Made by a program: the position numbers and the translations under genes
Shown: positions 39,724-51,158 of the stretch, in pieces
How positions within the stretch are numbered: position 1 is the first letter of the stretch
Layout of the letters: every line of letters begins with the position of its first letter
Source of the DNA: Nitrososphaeraceae archaeon
Lineage (GTDB): Archaea > Thermoproteota > Nitrososphaeria > Nitrososphaerales > Nitrososphaeraceae
Assembly: GCA_035297365.1 (NCBI GenBank)
Contig: DATGZA010000075.1
Span: 46,249 to 110,248, forward strand
Reading direction: 5' to 3'
Length of the DNA stretch: 64,000 nt
Notes under the pieces: model-generated
Told to the model about the DNA's origin: nothing
Database searches by the model: none
The model's input: only the letters and a program-made list of their open reading frames with translations

Positions 39724-40086
39724 ATGAAGAATGATTTAACAAACAATGAAGACGGATGTATTTCTTTTGAAGAATTTTTAAAAATCGATTTAAGAGTAGG
39801 AAAAATAAAAAAAGTAGAAACTATCCCTAGTATGAACAAAATATACAAAGCCGAAATTGACATTGGAACAGAGAATAGAGAAGTAGTAATTGGAGTAGCA
39901 CAGTATTATAAGCCAGAACAATTAGAAGGGAAATTTGTTGTTGTGTGTACTAACCTTAGTCCAAAAAAGATTGGACAGATATTTTCTAGAGGAATGGTAT
40001 TAGCTGCAGAATGTGATAAAGAAAAGCCAGTTCTTATTACAATTGATAGTATAGAGAATTGTAGTCTAGGATCAAAAATTCATTAA
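39724..40086 (+). CDS. tRNA-binding OB-fold protein (Trbp111/CsaA/MetRS C-domain)
   Basis: ISFEEFLKIDLRVGKI, NLSPKKI, SRGMVLAA. Confidence 0.9.
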   Translation: MKNDLTNNEDGCISFEEFLKIDLRVGKIKKVETIPSMNKIYKAEIDIGTENREVVIGVAQYYKPEQLEGKFVVVCTNLSPKKIGQIFSRGMVLAAECDKEKPVLITIDSIENCSLGSKIH

Positions 40087-40091
40087 TCATA

Positions 40092-40808
40092 TTAAACATT
40101 ATTATTATGATTATTTGTTTCCTTTTTATTATACACATCTTCCATTAGTTCTTCATATTCCTTATCGAGATCCTTAGTATCTATTCTTATTTTCTCTAGT
40201 TTGGAAAAAGCATTAATAATACTCTTAGCTGCCAAAGGTTGTTTAATATCTGTTTTTGAAATTTCTCCAAACAATCCTATCGCATCTATTCCTCTTTGCC
40301 AAGCTAATCCCAAAATCAAACCATTAAACCACGTAATATTACCAATTTCGTTTCCAACCAATTCTATTCCCGAATTAAACAACCGAGGCTTTAGTTCAGG
40401 ATTATTTGTCACTCCACAAACTTTGGGAGCACCTGTCACTTGTTGTTTTAAGTAACCGCCTGCAGAATATAGACATTTAATTTTCCCAATAGATAATATG
40501 TAATCTAAAAAAATATTACATAAGCTGTAAAGTTCATTTGAATCTTGTGGCTGGGAATTACCAGTAAAAATTATTATATTATATTTTTCTGAAAAATATA
40601 TTTTATAAAAATCAAGTATGGGCTTGACAATACCATTAGAATGAGATACCCATGGTTTTTCAATAGATTCAATGTTTGCAATATTTTTTGTATCTAATTT
40701 TTTGGATAAAAAAGAAGATACAATTCCTCCAACTTTACCCATATCAGGTAAAGATGATATAACCATAAAATCATTAATATGAATATGTTCCAAAATTTCA
40801 AGTTTCAT
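40092..40808 (-). CDS. PAC2-family proteasome assembly chaperone
   Basis: SLPDMGKVG, GNSQP, SAGGY, NGLILG, PLAAKSII. Confidence 0.85.
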   Translation of the reverse strand: MKLEILEHIHINDFMVISSLPDMGKVGGIVSSFLSKKLDTKNIANIESIEKPWVSHSNGIVKPILDFYKIYFSEKYNIIIFTGNSQPQDSNELYSLCNIFLDYILSIGKIKCLYSAGGYLKQQVTGAPKVCGVTNNPELKPRLFNSGIELVGNEIGNITWFNGLILGLAWQRGIDAIGLFGEISKTDIKQPLAAKSIINAFSKLEKIRIDTKDLDKEYEELMEDVYNKKETNNHNNNV

Positions 40809-40811
40809 ATC

Positions 40812-41690
40812 TTATTTCATTCCATTTAATTTCTTGACCAATGTATAGATAGCGGTATAATCAAGATTTTCTAATCCCATTTTTGAGGCATAATTAAATA
40901 AATGTAAAACTGAATTTGTTATCGGCAAGGCGATATCGTTATCCCCTGCCATGTCCATAACTAAACTTAGATCCTTTTTCATATGCTTGAGGTAAAAAGA
41001 TGGATTATAATCACCCTTTATCATTCTAGGCCCCTTATTCTCACTCATACCCGTTTTAAAATAAGTAGAATTCAAAATTCTGAGATACAAACTCGGGTCT
41101 AGGCCAAAACTCTCTGATAAAATCAAACCTTCTGAAAGCGCTACAGCAATTATTCCTATATTAAGATTTAACGCTAGTTTTATGGCATTAGCAGACCCTG
41201 GTTTATCGCCGACATAATAAATAGGATTACCTAGCTTAGAGATTACTGAACTAATTTTTTCATATACAAACTTTTCTCCTGAAACAATTGGAATAAGTTT
41301 TCCTTCTAGAGCTGCAGCAGGCCCTCCCATTACTGGAGTGTTTAGGTAAGCAATTCCATTTTCCTTGAATTTATTATTAGAAATTTCCGATTCTTTTGGT
41401 GTAATGGTACTGAAATCTAGAACTATCAAGTTTTTATTATTAGAATTAATTAAACTGTTCTCCTTAAAGCAAAGATCATTAATTGCTGCATAATTAGTCA
41501 CGCAAATTGCAACAATTGTAGACTGATCGCCTATTTTTTTTGGAGAATCTAATACCGTTGCTCCACTTCCAGCTAGCGCTGATGATTTGGAGGATGTTCT
41601 ATTATATACATTAACTTTAAAATTACAATTTAACAATCTCAAACCAATATTATAACCCAATAATCCAAGTCCCATAATACCGATTTGCAT
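40812..41690 (-). CDS. 3-hydroxyisobutyrate dehydrogenase-family NAD(P) oxidoreductase
   Basis: GIMGLGLLG, YNRT, PVMGG, catalytic KLALN, MKKDL. Confidence 0.9.
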   Translation of the reverse strand: MQIGIMGLGLLGYNIGLRLLNCNFKVNVYNRTSSKSSALAGSGATVLDSPKKIGDQSTIVAICVTNYAAINDLCFKENSLINSNNKNLIVLDFSTITPKESEISNNKFKENGIAYLNTPVMGGPAAALEGKLIPIVSGEKFVYEKISSVISKLGNPIYYVGDKPGSANAIKLALNLNIGIIAVALSEGLILSESFGLDPSLYLRILNSTYFKTGMSENKGPRMIKGDYNPSFYLKHMKKDLSLVMDMAGDNDIALPITNSVLHLFNYASKMGLENLDYTAIYTLVKKLNGMK

Positions 41691-41750
41691 AAAAAAACAA
41701 TAAAAGATTCCATAAAAATATTTTTTTATTTTTAAAATAATAATGACCTA

Positions 41751-42062
41751 TTATACCAACAAGAAAACGGATCCATTAGAAATCTTTGTTTGGTAAATCC
41801 CTAAAGGTATCTCCGCAGGTAGATTTTCGGGTTTTCCAGTTTCTAATTTGAACGCTGACATATGGAGTGGACATGTAACCGTTTTTTCTTGTTCATTTAG
41901 AATGCCTAAAGAAAGATCTGCATCAGCATGGGTACAAATTCTATCACTTGCATAAATTTGATTTCCTATTTTTACCAACAAGATTTTTTTTTCTTCGTAA
42001 TTAAACTCTATAATCTCTCCAGATGAAAGAGATTTTAAATCACATGCTTTAATCCAAGGCAT
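41751..42062 (-). CDS. Rieske-type [2Fe-2S] ferredoxin
   Basis: CTH...CPLH ligands; downstream of sufD. Confidence 0.92.
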   Translation of the reverse strand: MPWIKACDLKSLSSGEIIEFNYEEKKILLVKIGNQIYASDRICTHADADLSLGILNEQEKTVTCPLHMSAFKLETGKPENLPAEIPLGIYQTKISNGSVFLLV

Positions 42063-42098
42063 AAAACAAACACCGAATAATGGTTAAATAAGGAAAAG

Positions 42099-43505
42099 CT
42101 ATCGATACTTGTAATGTTTTTCAAATATATCCTCTGTTTCTCTATACCTAGTTTTCTCAACTTCAAGAATTTGTTCCATAGCTTCGTCTGTTCTTAAAAT
42201 CAATGGTTTTCCTAACCATTTATTTTCGATAAGATAATTGATCCAAGCTCGAATAGTAGGACCCATTCTTCTTGAAATAGGTTCTAAAAATCCCCCAACT
42301 ATTTCCCTCTTTGCCGATTCTTCAGATAAACCACGACTCATTAGATAGAAAATTTGTTTTTCATCAATTTGAGATACTGATGCTGAATGAGTCGCCTTAA
42401 CTTCATTTGATTCTATCTCCAATCCGGGAATAGCATCGGATTTTGCGCCTTTATCTAATAAAATAGCATGCCCTGCAAGATAAGATTCTGTCGATTTTGC
42501 ATTCTTGTTGATCTTTATCATTCCCTTAAATAAGGATTGAGAAGTATCTTTCATTACAGATTTAACTAGGACTCTGCCCTTAGTATTTGGCGCAGAATGT
42601 ATCAAGTTGGAAGAAATATCAAATGATTGGTTGTCTATTCCGAATATGATCTCCACATCCCCCACTGATGCACCTTGACCTTGCATTATGCTATCTATTT
42701 TATATCTTGAAAGTTGTGATCCAAATAGACCTATCGACCAAGACATATTAGCATCTTGTTCAACAAACGATTTTCTATTTGAAAAATTAACTGCCTGGTA
42801 ATCTAACGATTGTAGAGTTACCATTTCTAGTTGCGAATTGTTCATGAGATGAGCGTCCATTAATTCAAAATATACTTGCTGAATCTCCTTATTTTTTATG
42901 TTTGCAGAATACAGCTCTTGAACTACAGTAGCTTTTGAATTTGATTCGCTAATGATAATATTTCTGGAAATAGAAGAAGATCCCCTTTCGGAAAGATAGT
43001 TAATTATTCTTATAGGCTCATCTATTACCATATTTTTTGGTACATATATAAAAAAGCCATGTTTAAAAGCGGCGGAACAGAGAGCCAAAAATCTATCTTC
43101 TTTAAAGTCAAGTTTATTTTTTGTTAGGTGTTTTTGTATTATATCAGAATATTCATTTAGTGCCTCAGATATTTTAGAAATAACAAGACCTCTTTTCTTT
43201 AAATCATCATTCAAAAAAGTGTTTACAATGCCGCCATTCTTGCATACAATACCATTCCCTTTACTTAATTCTGCGATTCTATCCGAGAATATACTTACAT
43301 CTTGATTCTCTTTCGTTTCATCAAAAAAAATCTTATCCGGTAGTAGCCGATTTGCATTTGAATATTTTGTATATAATTGCGAGACCTCAAATGGAAGCTT
43401 TTCATAGTTTAGAGATGCATCTTTCCTGAATTCACGCATCCATTGTGGTTCAGAATCATCAAAAATATTGTCAAAATTATCTCCTATAGACGATAATGTG
43501 TACAT
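42099..43505 (-). CDS. sufD: Fe-S cluster assembly protein SufD
   Basis: FKGMIKI, IPGLEI, KATHSASV, FYLMSRG. Confidence 0.92.
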   Translation of the reverse strand: MYTLSSIGDNFDNIFDDSEPQWMREFRKDASLNYEKLPFEVSQLYTKYSNANRLLPDKIFFDETKENQDVSIFSDRIAELSKGNGIVCKNGGIVNTFLNDDLKKRGLVISKISEALNEYSDIIQKHLTKNKLDFKEDRFLALCSAAFKHGFFIYVPKNMVIDEPIRIINYLSERGSSSISRNIIISESNSKATVVQELYSANIKNKEIQQVYFELMDAHLMNNSQLEMVTLQSLDYQAVNFSNRKSFVEQDANMSWSIGLFGSQLSRYKIDSIMQGQGASVGDVEIIFGIDNQSFDISSNLIHSAPNTKGRVLVKSVMKDTSQSLFKGMIKINKNAKSTESYLAGHAILLDKGAKSDAIPGLEIESNEVKATHSASVSQIDEKQIFYLMSRGLSEESAKREIVGGFLEPISRRMGPTIRAWINYLIENKWLGKPLILRTDEAMEQILEVEKTRYRETEDIFEKHYKYR

Positions 43506-43541
43506 TTTAATTACCTGTTATTTGAAATAATAGGTGTTTGG

Positions 43542-44942
43542 TTAACCCACAGATCCTTCCATTTCTAATTTGACTAATCTATTGAGCTCGACAGCATATT
43601 CCATTGGTAATTCTTTGGTAAATGGTTCTATAAACCCTCCAACAATAAGAGATAATGCATCTGATTCTGAAAATCCCCTACTCATTAAATAAAAGATTTG
43701 GTCTTCACCTATCTTTCCAACAGTAGCTTCATGTGAAATAGTCGCATCATCTTCATTCACTTCAACATAGGGATATGTATCCGTTCTTGAATTTTCGTCC
43801 AGTAAAAGTGCATCGCATCTTACATTTGATTTTACTCCCGTTGCACCTTTAGCAACGTGCAATAAGCCTCTATAAGTTGTTCTTCCTGATTGTTTACTGA
43901 CAGACTTACTGGTAATTCTAGATGTTGTATCTGATGCAAGATGTACAGCTTTGGCTCCTGCATCTTGATGCTGATCCGATCCTGCAAAAGCAATTGATAC
44001 AACTTCAGCGTGAGCATTTTTTCCCAACAAGTACACACCAGGATACTTCATAGTCAATTTACTTCCAATATTTCCATCAATCCATTCGACTTTTGCATTT
44101 TCATAAGCATATGCTCTTTTGGTTACTAGATTATAGACGTCTTTACTCCAATTTTGGATAGTAGTATATCTTATTTTAGCACCCTTCTTCGCAATTAACT
44201 CAACTACAGCTGAATGTAATGATTCAGTAGTATATACAGGAGCAGTACATCCTTCTATATAATGAACTTCAGAGCCCTCATCAGCAATTATCAAGGTTCG
44301 TTCAAACTGTCCGATATTTTCTGCATTTATTCTAAAATATGCTTGTAATGGTAAATCAACTTTTACATTTGGTGGAACATAAATAAATGAACCCCCAGAC
44401 CAAACTGCACTATTTAATGCAGCGAATTTATTATCTTCTGGAGGAATTATTTTACCGAAATATTTGCGAAATATATCAGGATGTTCCTTCACTGCTGTAT
44501 CAGTATCTAGAAATATTACTCCTTGTTTAGCTAAATCTTCATGTAAGTGGTGATATACTACCTCGGATTCATATTGAGCACCAACACCAGCAAGAAATTT
44601 TTTCTCGGCTTCAGGGATTCCGAGCTTATCAAAAGTGTTTCTAACAGATTCCGGAACATCGTCCCAGCTTTTACTTTGCTTTTCAGAAGCTTTAGCATAA
44701 TAATAAATATTTTGAAAATTGATTTTTGAGAGGTCGCCGCCCCAAGTAGGCATCGGTTTTTTCATAAAAATGTCATAAGATCTTAATCGAAAATCAAGCA
44801 TCCAGGCAGGTTCATTTTTAATTTTACTTATTTCCTCTATCGTACCACGGGAGAGTCCTTTTTTACTTAAATAAACGTATAAATCAGTAGAGTCCTTAAA
44901 ATCGTATTTACTATAATCCATATTGATTTCCTCGACAGTCAT
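43542..44942 (-). CDS. sufB: Fe-S cluster assembly protein SufB
   Basis: [38 protein letters not shown]. Confidence 0.97.
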   Translation of the reverse strand: MTVEEINMDYSKYDFKDSTDLYVYLSKKGLSRGTIEEISKIKNEPAWMLDFRLRSYDIFMKKPMPTWGGDLSKINFQNIYYYAKASEKQSKSWDDVPESVRNTFDKLGIPEAEKKFLAGVGAQYESEVVYHHLHEDLAKQGVIFLDTDTAVKEHPDIFRKYFGKIIPPEDNKFAALNSAVWSGGSFIYVPPNVKVDLPLQAYFRINAENIGQFERTLIIADEGSEVHYIEGCTAPVYTTESLHSAVVELIAKKGAKIRYTTIQNWSKDVYNLVTKRAYAYENAKVEWIDGNIGSKLTMKYPGVYLLGKNAHAEVVSIAFAGSDQHQDAGAKAVHLASDTTSRITSKSVSKQSGRTTYRGLLHVAKGATGVKSNVRCDALLLDENSRTDTYPYVEVNEDDATISHEATVGKIGEDQIFYLMSRGFSESDALSLIVGGFIEPFTKELPMEYAVELNRLVKLEMEGSVG

Positions 44943-45047
44943 TATAAATTAATAACGGCGTTATACTATATATAAATTTTGCAACACAATAAACAAGATA
45001 AAATATAGCATTAAAGTGAAAATTTTTACAATAGCACCTAAAAAAAA

Positions 45048-45830
45048 TTAAATTCGAGATTTTAACAAGTCTGCAACATCGTTTAAAGAATGCATATGTG
45101 ATTCGGTGAAGCGAATGTCATATTTTAGTAATTCTTTACTTGTTTTAGGGCCTAATGAAATAACCAGATCTATTTTTTTTATATTTTGTAGTAAATCTTC
45201 TGAAATCATTTTAATAATCTCAAAAAAAAATCTAACATTAGATGGACTGGTGAAAATCAAAGAGTCTATCTTATTATATCCTAGCAATTTGGAAAATTCT
45301 ATCCAGTTATCGTCGATACCAGATGGTCTCACATCATACAAATAAAATTCGTGAACTTGATATCCTAGTCTCGTAAGATTTTCTCGTAAATAGTCATCGG
45401 CTAATCTACTTCTAGGAATAACAATTTTTCTTGCCTTCTGAGTTATTGGAAATATTTTTAATATCTCTTCTGAGGATGATTTTGATGGAACGTATCCAAC
45501 GTTTATACCATTTTTTATCAGACTATCACTAGTTGAATTACCTATCGCTACAACTGTAACTTTTTCTTTAAGAATCCTGACAATATCATCATATCTGTTT
45601 ATTTTCTTGGCAAATTCAAAAAATAATTGTACAGCATTGACACTCAAAAAAACAAAATAATCATTTTCATTAAAAGAGAATCGAAATATCTCATTTATAA
45701 TATTAGCATCGTTAGGTATTATTTCACTAGTTTTCAGTCTAACTAAGCGAAGAGAGTCATTATTTAGTAAATATGAAAACTCATTTGATAAATTTCTGGA
45801 ATGAGTTATTGCAATAATTTTATATTTCAT
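45048..45830 (-). CDS. hemD: Uroporphyrinogen-III synthase
   Basis: FLSVNAV, AIG..T, FTSPSNV, LGPKT; last gene of the hem operon. Confidence 0.88.
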   Translation of the reverse strand: MKYKIIAITHSRNLSNEFSYLLNNDSLRLVRLKTSEIIPNDANIINEIFRFSFNENDYFVFLSVNAVQLFFEFAKKINRYDDIVRILKEKVTVVAIGNSTSDSLIKNGINVGYVPSKSSSEEILKIFPITQKARKIVIPRSRLADDYLRENLTRLGYQVHEFYLYDVRPSGIDDNWIEFSKLLGYNKIDSLIFTSPSNVRFFFEIIKMISEDLLQNIKKIDLVISLGPKTSKELLKYDIRFTESHMHSLNDVADLLKSRI

Positions 45831-45845
45831 ATTATCTGAAATTTT

Positions 45846-46610
45846 TTACCTCCAACCGATCCTTTCTGACAATGAAACTACCTCTCCTATTACTATTACC
45901 GCAGGTGGTTTAATAGATGATTCTTTCATCTTTTCTATAATATTTGATGCATTTCCTATTATGATTTTTTGATCTTGAAGAGTACCACGTTCGATAATAG
46001 CTACTTTGGTATCTTTATCCAGCCCGTGATGTATTAATTTACCCATTATTTTTGGTAGATTCTCTATTCCCATAAGAATAACTATTGTATCCACAGATTT
46101 AGCCAATTTATCCCAATGAACACTTTTTTCTTCTTTGGTCGGATCTTCATGCCCTGTAACTATCGCAACTGAGGATGAAAGTTTTCTATGGGTGAGCGGA
46201 ATTCCAGAATAAATTGCTGACCCTATTGCGGAGGAGATCCCGGGAACAATTTCAAATCGTACACCATTTTCATAAAGAAACTCTGCTTCTTCTCCTCCTC
46301 TACCAAAAATAAAAGGATCTCCGCCTTTGAGTCGTAAAACTTTTTTGCCATCTTGAGCGTACTTTAACATCATTTTATTAGTTTTTATTTGATTACTAGT
46401 AGGATCTCCAGAAGATCTTCCAACATAAAGCCGAATTGTTTTTTCTGGGATTAGTTTTAAGATTTCATTACTTACTAGACGATCATATAATATAATATCG
46501 CATTTTTTGATTAACTCATGACAACGTATTGTTATCAATTTCGGATTTCCAGGTCCAGAGCCACAAATGTAAACCTTGCCTTTAGCGATTTTTTTTGTTC
46601 CATTCGTCAA
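45846..46610 (-). CDS. cobA: Uroporphyrinogen-III C-methyltransferase; probable TTG start 46610
   Basis: [33 protein letters not shown]. Confidence 0.95.
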   Translation of the reverse strand: MTNGTKKIAKGKVYICGSGPGNPKLITIRCHELIKKCDIILYDRLVSNEILKLIPEKTIRLYVGRSSGDPTSNQIKTNKMMLKYAQDGKKVLRLKGGDPFIFGRGGEEAEFLYENGVRFEIVPGISSAIGSAIYSGIPLTHRKLSSSVAIVTGHEDPTKEEKSVHWDKLAKSVDTIVILMGIENLPKIMGKLIHHGLDKDTKVAIIERGTLQDQKIIIGNASNIIEKMKESSIKPPAVIVIGEVVSLSERIGWR

Positions 46611-47538
46611 CAGCTTTATCCCACCCTTGTGCAAACCTAGCTGCACCATTCCTTAACAAATATTTAGCAGCTATATTTCCCAATCTCTTAGGGGAATCAT
46701 AGGAACCTATTTTTTTAACAATCAATTGTTCTGACCCATCAGAGGAAAATATTTTTGAAAAAAATCTTATACTGTTATTTCTTTTTGAAGCAATCGCACA
46801 AGCTCCTATTGGAAATCTACAACCGCCTTCTATTTTCGATATAAAAGTTCTTTCTACTTCGATAGATTTTCTTGAAGGTTCATCTTCAATTTTTTTCAAG
46901 AATTTAATTAGTGTTTTATTGTTTTTTTTAGATACTATTCCTAAGGCACCTTGTCCAGGCGCTGGTAGAAATTTTGTTATTTCAAGTCTTTGGCTAATTA
47001 CATCTAACTTCCCCATTCTTTTTAGACCTGCTTCTGCAAGGATAATTCCATCGTAATCTCCTTTTAATGTTTTAGCTATTCTTGTATCTATGTTACCACG
47101 AATTGGTTTGACAATCAAATCCTTACGAAGATTAATCAACTGAATTGCTCTACGTAAACTACTAGTACCAATAACAGAGTTCGAAGGAAGATCTATCAAT
47201 TTTCTTTTTCTTTTACTAATTAAAACATCGTTTATAGATTCTCTTCGGGGTATAGAAGAAATAGTCAAATTTTCATTTAGTGTAGAAGGAACGTCTTTGA
47301 TACTATGAATTGCTACGTCTACTTCGTCATTTAGCACAGCTTCATTGATTTCTTTTTCAAATATCCCTTTCCTATCCATTGAAAATAATGCTTGTTGTTT
47401 ATCTAAATCACCAGATGTTACAATTCTAACAATTTCATATTCGAAAACAGGATTTACCCGTGAAAGAGATTCTAACACAATATTTGTCTGAGCAATGGCT
47501 AATTTGCTACCCCTAGTTCCTACTCTTAATGCCTTCAT
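46582..47538 (-). CDS. hemC: Hydroxymethylbilane synthase
   Basis: GTRGSKLA, HSIKDVP, GTSSLRR, RGNIDTR, GGCRFP. Confidence 0.97.
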   Translation of the reverse strand: MKALRVGTRGSKLAIAQTNIVLESLSRVNPVFEYEIVRIVTSGDLDKQQALFSMDRKGIFEKEINEAVLNDEVDVAIHSIKDVPSTLNENLTISSIPRRESINDVLISKRKRKLIDLPSNSVIGTSSLRRAIQLINLRKDLIVKPIRGNIDTRIAKTLKGDYDGIILAEAGLKRMGKLDVISQRLEITKFLPAPGQGALGIVSKKNNKTLIKFLKKIEDEPSRKSIEVERTFISKIEGGCRFPIGACAIASKRNNSIRFFSKIFSSDGSEQLIVKKIGSYDSPKRLGNIAAKYLLRNGAARFAQGWDKAVDEWNKKNR

Positions 47539-48821
47539 TTTGTATTCATAATATTAAGTAATGAATTAGAATAACTTTCTATAGTTCTTTCTATATCTTC
47601 TTCATTATGAGAAAATGATGTAAAACATGTTTCAAATTGCGATGGAGGTATGAAGATATCCTTTTGAAGTAGCATCAAGAAAAATTTTTCAAATAATTTT
47701 TGATCTGATTTTATAACATCAAGTGTTGAGTTTACTTTTCCACTCGTAAAATATATTTGAAAAAGTGATCCTATGGAATTAATAGTAAAAAATTCATCGA
47801 ATTTATTTATACTGTCCCTTATTCCCTTAACCAAAGTATCACATGATCGAGCCACTTGCGGATAAATTGTATTCTTATTAGCCTTCAATATTTGCATTGT
47901 AGCAATGCAAGCAGATACAGAAATAGGATTTCCAGCGTATGTACTAGCCTGATAAACATTTCCGATTGGGGATAACTGGTCCATTATCTCTACCTTCCCA
48001 CAAATTGCTGCAATTGGGAATCCGTTACCAAGCGATTTGGAAAATGTAGCAAGATCCGGTTTAATACCAAAAAATTCACTTGCCCCACCCAAGGATAGTC
48101 TGAATCCAGTTATCACCTCATCAAAGATTAAAATAATATCGTTCTCCCGAGTTATTTTTCTCAAATTGTTTAAATAATTTTTTTCAGGCAACACTAGACC
48201 ATAGTTTCCCAAAATAGGCTCAACAATGAGACAGCTGATATTTCCTGATTCTTTTTTAATAATATTCTCTAGATCCTCTAGATCATTATATTTGACTATC
48301 AATGTCTCTTTAGAAATTTCTTCAAGCGAACCTTCTGAAGATGGGATATTTGCTGCTCCTGAACCCGCTTTTACTAGAACATAGTCATACGCTCCGTGAT
48401 AACCTCCATCAAATTTTATTATTTTCTTTCTTTTATTAAATGCCCTGGAGAGTCTAATGGCAGTCATTGTGGATTCGGAGCCGGTGTTTAGAATTCTTAC
48501 CTTTTCAGCACATGGAATAATGTTAGTCAAAAGTTCTGCAAGATATACCTCCTTTTCGGTAGGGATACAAAATAGCGTTCCCTTATCCAGCTGATTTTTT
48601 ATTGTTTCCAGAACTTCAGGATATGAGTGACCTAGGAGTAAAGATCCATAACCCATACAATAATCCAATAAAGTCCTATGATCAACAGTTACTATTTTAC
48701 TTCCAAATCCAGAAGAAACAAAGAACGGGTATGGTTTAAAAAACCTTACAGGGCTGTTTACGCCGCCTGGAATTACCTTTACAGATCTATCAAATAATTC
48801 CTTTGACTTTATAAATTTCAA
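47535..48821 (-). CDS. hemL: Glutamate-1-semialdehyde 2,1-aminomutase
   Basis: PGGVNSPVR, FDEVITGFR, PPSQFE. Confidence 0.97.
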   Translation of the reverse strand: MKFIKSKELFDRSVKVIPGGVNSPVRFFKPYPFFVSSGFGSKIVTVDHRTLLDYCMGYGSLLLGHSYPEVLETIKNQLDKGTLFCIPTEKEVYLAELLTNIIPCAEKVRILNTGSESTMTAIRLSRAFNKRKKIIKFDGGYHGAYDYVLVKAGSGAANIPSSEGSLEEISKETLIVKYNDLEDLENIIKKESGNISCLIVEPILGNYGLVLPEKNYLNNLRKITRENDIILIFDEVITGFRLSLGGASEFFGIKPDLATFSKSLGNGFPIAAICGKVEIMDQLSPIGNVYQASTYAGNPISVSACIATMQILKANKNTIYPQVARSCDTLVKGIRDSINKFDEFFTINSIGSLFQIYFTSGKVNSTLDVIKSDQKLFEKFFLMLLQKDIFIPPSQFETCFTSFSHNEEDIERTIESYSNSLLNIMNTK

Positions 48822-48859
48822 TAATAATTATTTTGATATTATTCTATTTATAAAATAAC

Positions 48860-49882
48860 TTATTTATTGTTAAGCATACTGGCCATTTTTTTTGCGTGAT
48901 AAGTAATAATCATATCTGCACCTGCTCTTTTTATTGAGGTAAGAAACTCGGTCATCACATCTATTTCATTTATCCATCCTTGTTCAGAGGCTGCTTTAAT
49001 TAAAGCATATTCACCAGAAACACTGAATGCACAAAGTGGAAGTTTAAAGGATTCTCTTGCTTGGTATATAAGGTCTAGATAAGGAATTGCAGGCTTAACC
49101 ATGATCATATCTGCACCTTCATTTACGTCCATTTCAATCTCTCTTAATGCTTCCTTTGGATTTGTGAATGGCATCTGATAGGTCTTTCTATCTCCAAATT
49201 CGGGATATGAACCTGCCAAGTCACGGAATGGGGTATATAAAGGAGATGCAAGTTTTGCAGAATAAGAAAGAATTGAAGTTTCAAAATATCCTTTTTCATC
49301 TAGTTCATGTCTGATGGCAGATACTTGTCCATCCATCATTGAAGAAGGTGCCACAATATCTGTGCCTGCTGCTGCGTAACTCTCAGCAATTTTTGAGAGA
49401 ATGACGTTAGTTGGATCGTTATCAATTTTTTTGTTTTTTGTTATACCACAATGTCCTTTTGAAGTGTATTGGCACATGCATACGTCAGATATGATGACTA
49501 CTTTTTCACCAAAGTTACTGCGTATATTTTTGATTGTCTTTTGAATAATTCCTTTTTCACTATATGCTGCATTTGCTTTATCATCTTTATCAGATTCAAT
49601 TCCAAACAAGATTACGGAATTTATCCCCAGCTTCAAAATTGAATCAACTTCATCAGTGATTTTAGACAAAGGCAATCGCTTAACGTCTTGCATAGAAGAT
49701 ATATTTTTTGGTTCCTTTAATCCTGATTCTACAAAAACTGGACAAATAAAATCCTTAACAGAAAGTCTTGTTTCCTGCAACAGTTCTCGTATGGCTTTGT
49801 TTTTTCTCAACCTCCTCAGACGCACAAAAGGATATCCAGATCCTCCTAAAAGCCCATAATTTGAATTAATTTGTGTTCTCAT
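48860..49882 (-). CDS. hemB: Porphobilinogen synthase (canonical copy); probable start ATG 49882
   Basis: RLRRLR arm, CMCQYTSKGHCG, YSAK, PFRD, GDRKTYQ, MVKPA. Confidence 0.96.
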   Translation of the reverse strand: MRTQINSNYGLLGGSGYPFVRLRRLRKNKAIRELLQETRLSVKDFICPVFVESGLKEPKNISSMQDVKRLPLSKITDEVDSILKLGINSVILFGIESDKDDKANAAYSEKGIIQKTIKNIRSNFGEKVVIISDVCMCQYTSKGHCGITKNKKIDNDPTNVILSKIAESYAAAGTDIVAPSSMMDGQVSAIRHELDEKGYFETSILSYSAKLASPLYTPFRDLAGSYPEFGDRKTYQMPFTNPKEALREIEMDVNEGADMIMVKPAIPYLDLIYQARESFKLPLCAFSVSGEYALIKAASEQGWINEIDVMTEFLTSIKRAGADMIITYHAKKMASMLNNK

Positions 49883-51158
49883 TATCGTAATTAAATAATT
49901 TAGCAGCAATTTTAATAATTTCCTGTTCATCGCCTGTATCACTTTGGATATATCTACGTAAATTATTCATAGGGGTAGAAATAATTCCTTCCAATAGCGC
50001 ATGAGAAAATTGTTCAATTATCTTCATTTCTTCGGGGCTCATATTCTTTCCTAGAATGGATAATGCTTTTTTCAACTCTCTTTCCCGGATCTTATCTACA
50101 TTGCGAAAAACAGATATTACAACTGGATCAGCTTTCTTTCTCTTCAACAATATATCAATATTCTTCATTTCATCCTCAATAATATCCTCAGCTGATTGAA
50201 TTTCTTTCCGTCTAAACTGAATATTTCTCTTCACTATATCTCCAATTTCATCCATATTAAATAAATTAATATTTTCGATAGATGAACAAGTTTCCTCAAC
50301 TGTTCTGGGATTTGATAGATCAAAAATCAAGAGTGATTTTGATCTAGAACTTGCTGCTCTCTTGATTCTATCATAAGTTAACAAATAATAAGGAGCTACG
50401 GTGCTGACAAAGATAATATCCATTTCTCCTAATGATCCAAGAGCTTTTTCAAAAAATATCGGATTTCCCCCCATTGATTGGGCAAAAGACTTCGCTCTTT
50501 CAAAAGTTCTACTGGTATTCATAAAAAAGATATTTCGTTTTTTAAGGGTCTTTGCAACCAGCCCTGCCCCTTCACCTGAGCCGATTAACAAAATGTTTTT
50601 ATTGTCTAACGTTCCAAGTTTTTCTTCTGCAAGATTAACTGCCATAGATCCAACAGAGACACTACCTTTATTGATCCCAGTAAGATATCTTACCTTACTT
50701 CCAACTCGTATTGATTTTTCAAAAACAAGAGATAGAACATTTTTTGTAAAGTTATTCGATCTAGAAAATTCATACGATCTTTTGACCTGACCTAGAATCT
50801 GATCTTCTCCTAAAACTAATGAATCTAATCCCGATACTAACTTTAAGAGATGTCTCACTACATCGTCTCCATTTTCAATAACTATCATTTCAGAAAATGT
50901 TTTGACTGATAATCCACAATGCTGTGCCCAGAATTTTATAATATTTTCTGTGTCTATCTTACTATCACATATTCCAAAGATTTCCACCCTATTACAAGTC
51001 TGTAATATTAGACATTCTCTAAGATTAAAATTTTCTAGTAAAAAGGTATGGGCACCTTCGATGTCTTTAAAAGAAAATTTTTCGAGTAAATGAATAGGCG
51101 CTTTTTTATAGGTAACGCGAAAATTTATTATTTCAATGAATTCACTTACTAATGTCAT
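49866..51158 (-). CDS. hemA: Glutamyl-tRNA reductase
   Basis: TCNRVE, SGLDSLVLGEDQILGQV, DLSNPR. Confidence 0.97.
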   Translation of the reverse strand: MTLVSEFIEIINFRVTYKKAPIHLLEKFSFKDIEGAHTFLLENFNLRECLILQTCNRVEIFGICDSKIDTENIIKFWAQHCGLSVKTFSEMIVIENGDDVVRHLLKLVSGLDSLVLGEDQILGQVKRSYEFSRSNNFTKNVLSLVFEKSIRVGSKVRYLTGINKGSVSVGSMAVNLAEEKLGTLDNKNILLIGSGEGAGLVAKTLKKRNIFFMNTSRTFERAKSFAQSMGGNPIFFEKALGSLGEMDIIFVSTVAPYYLLTYDRIKRAASSRSKSLLIFDLSNPRTVEETCSSIENINLFNMDEIGDIVKRNIQFRRKEIQSAEDIIEDEMKNIDILLKRKKADPVVISVFRNVDKIRERELKKALSILGKNMSPEEMKIIEQFSHALLEGIISTPMNNLRRYIQSDTGDEQEIIKIAAKLFNYDNENTN

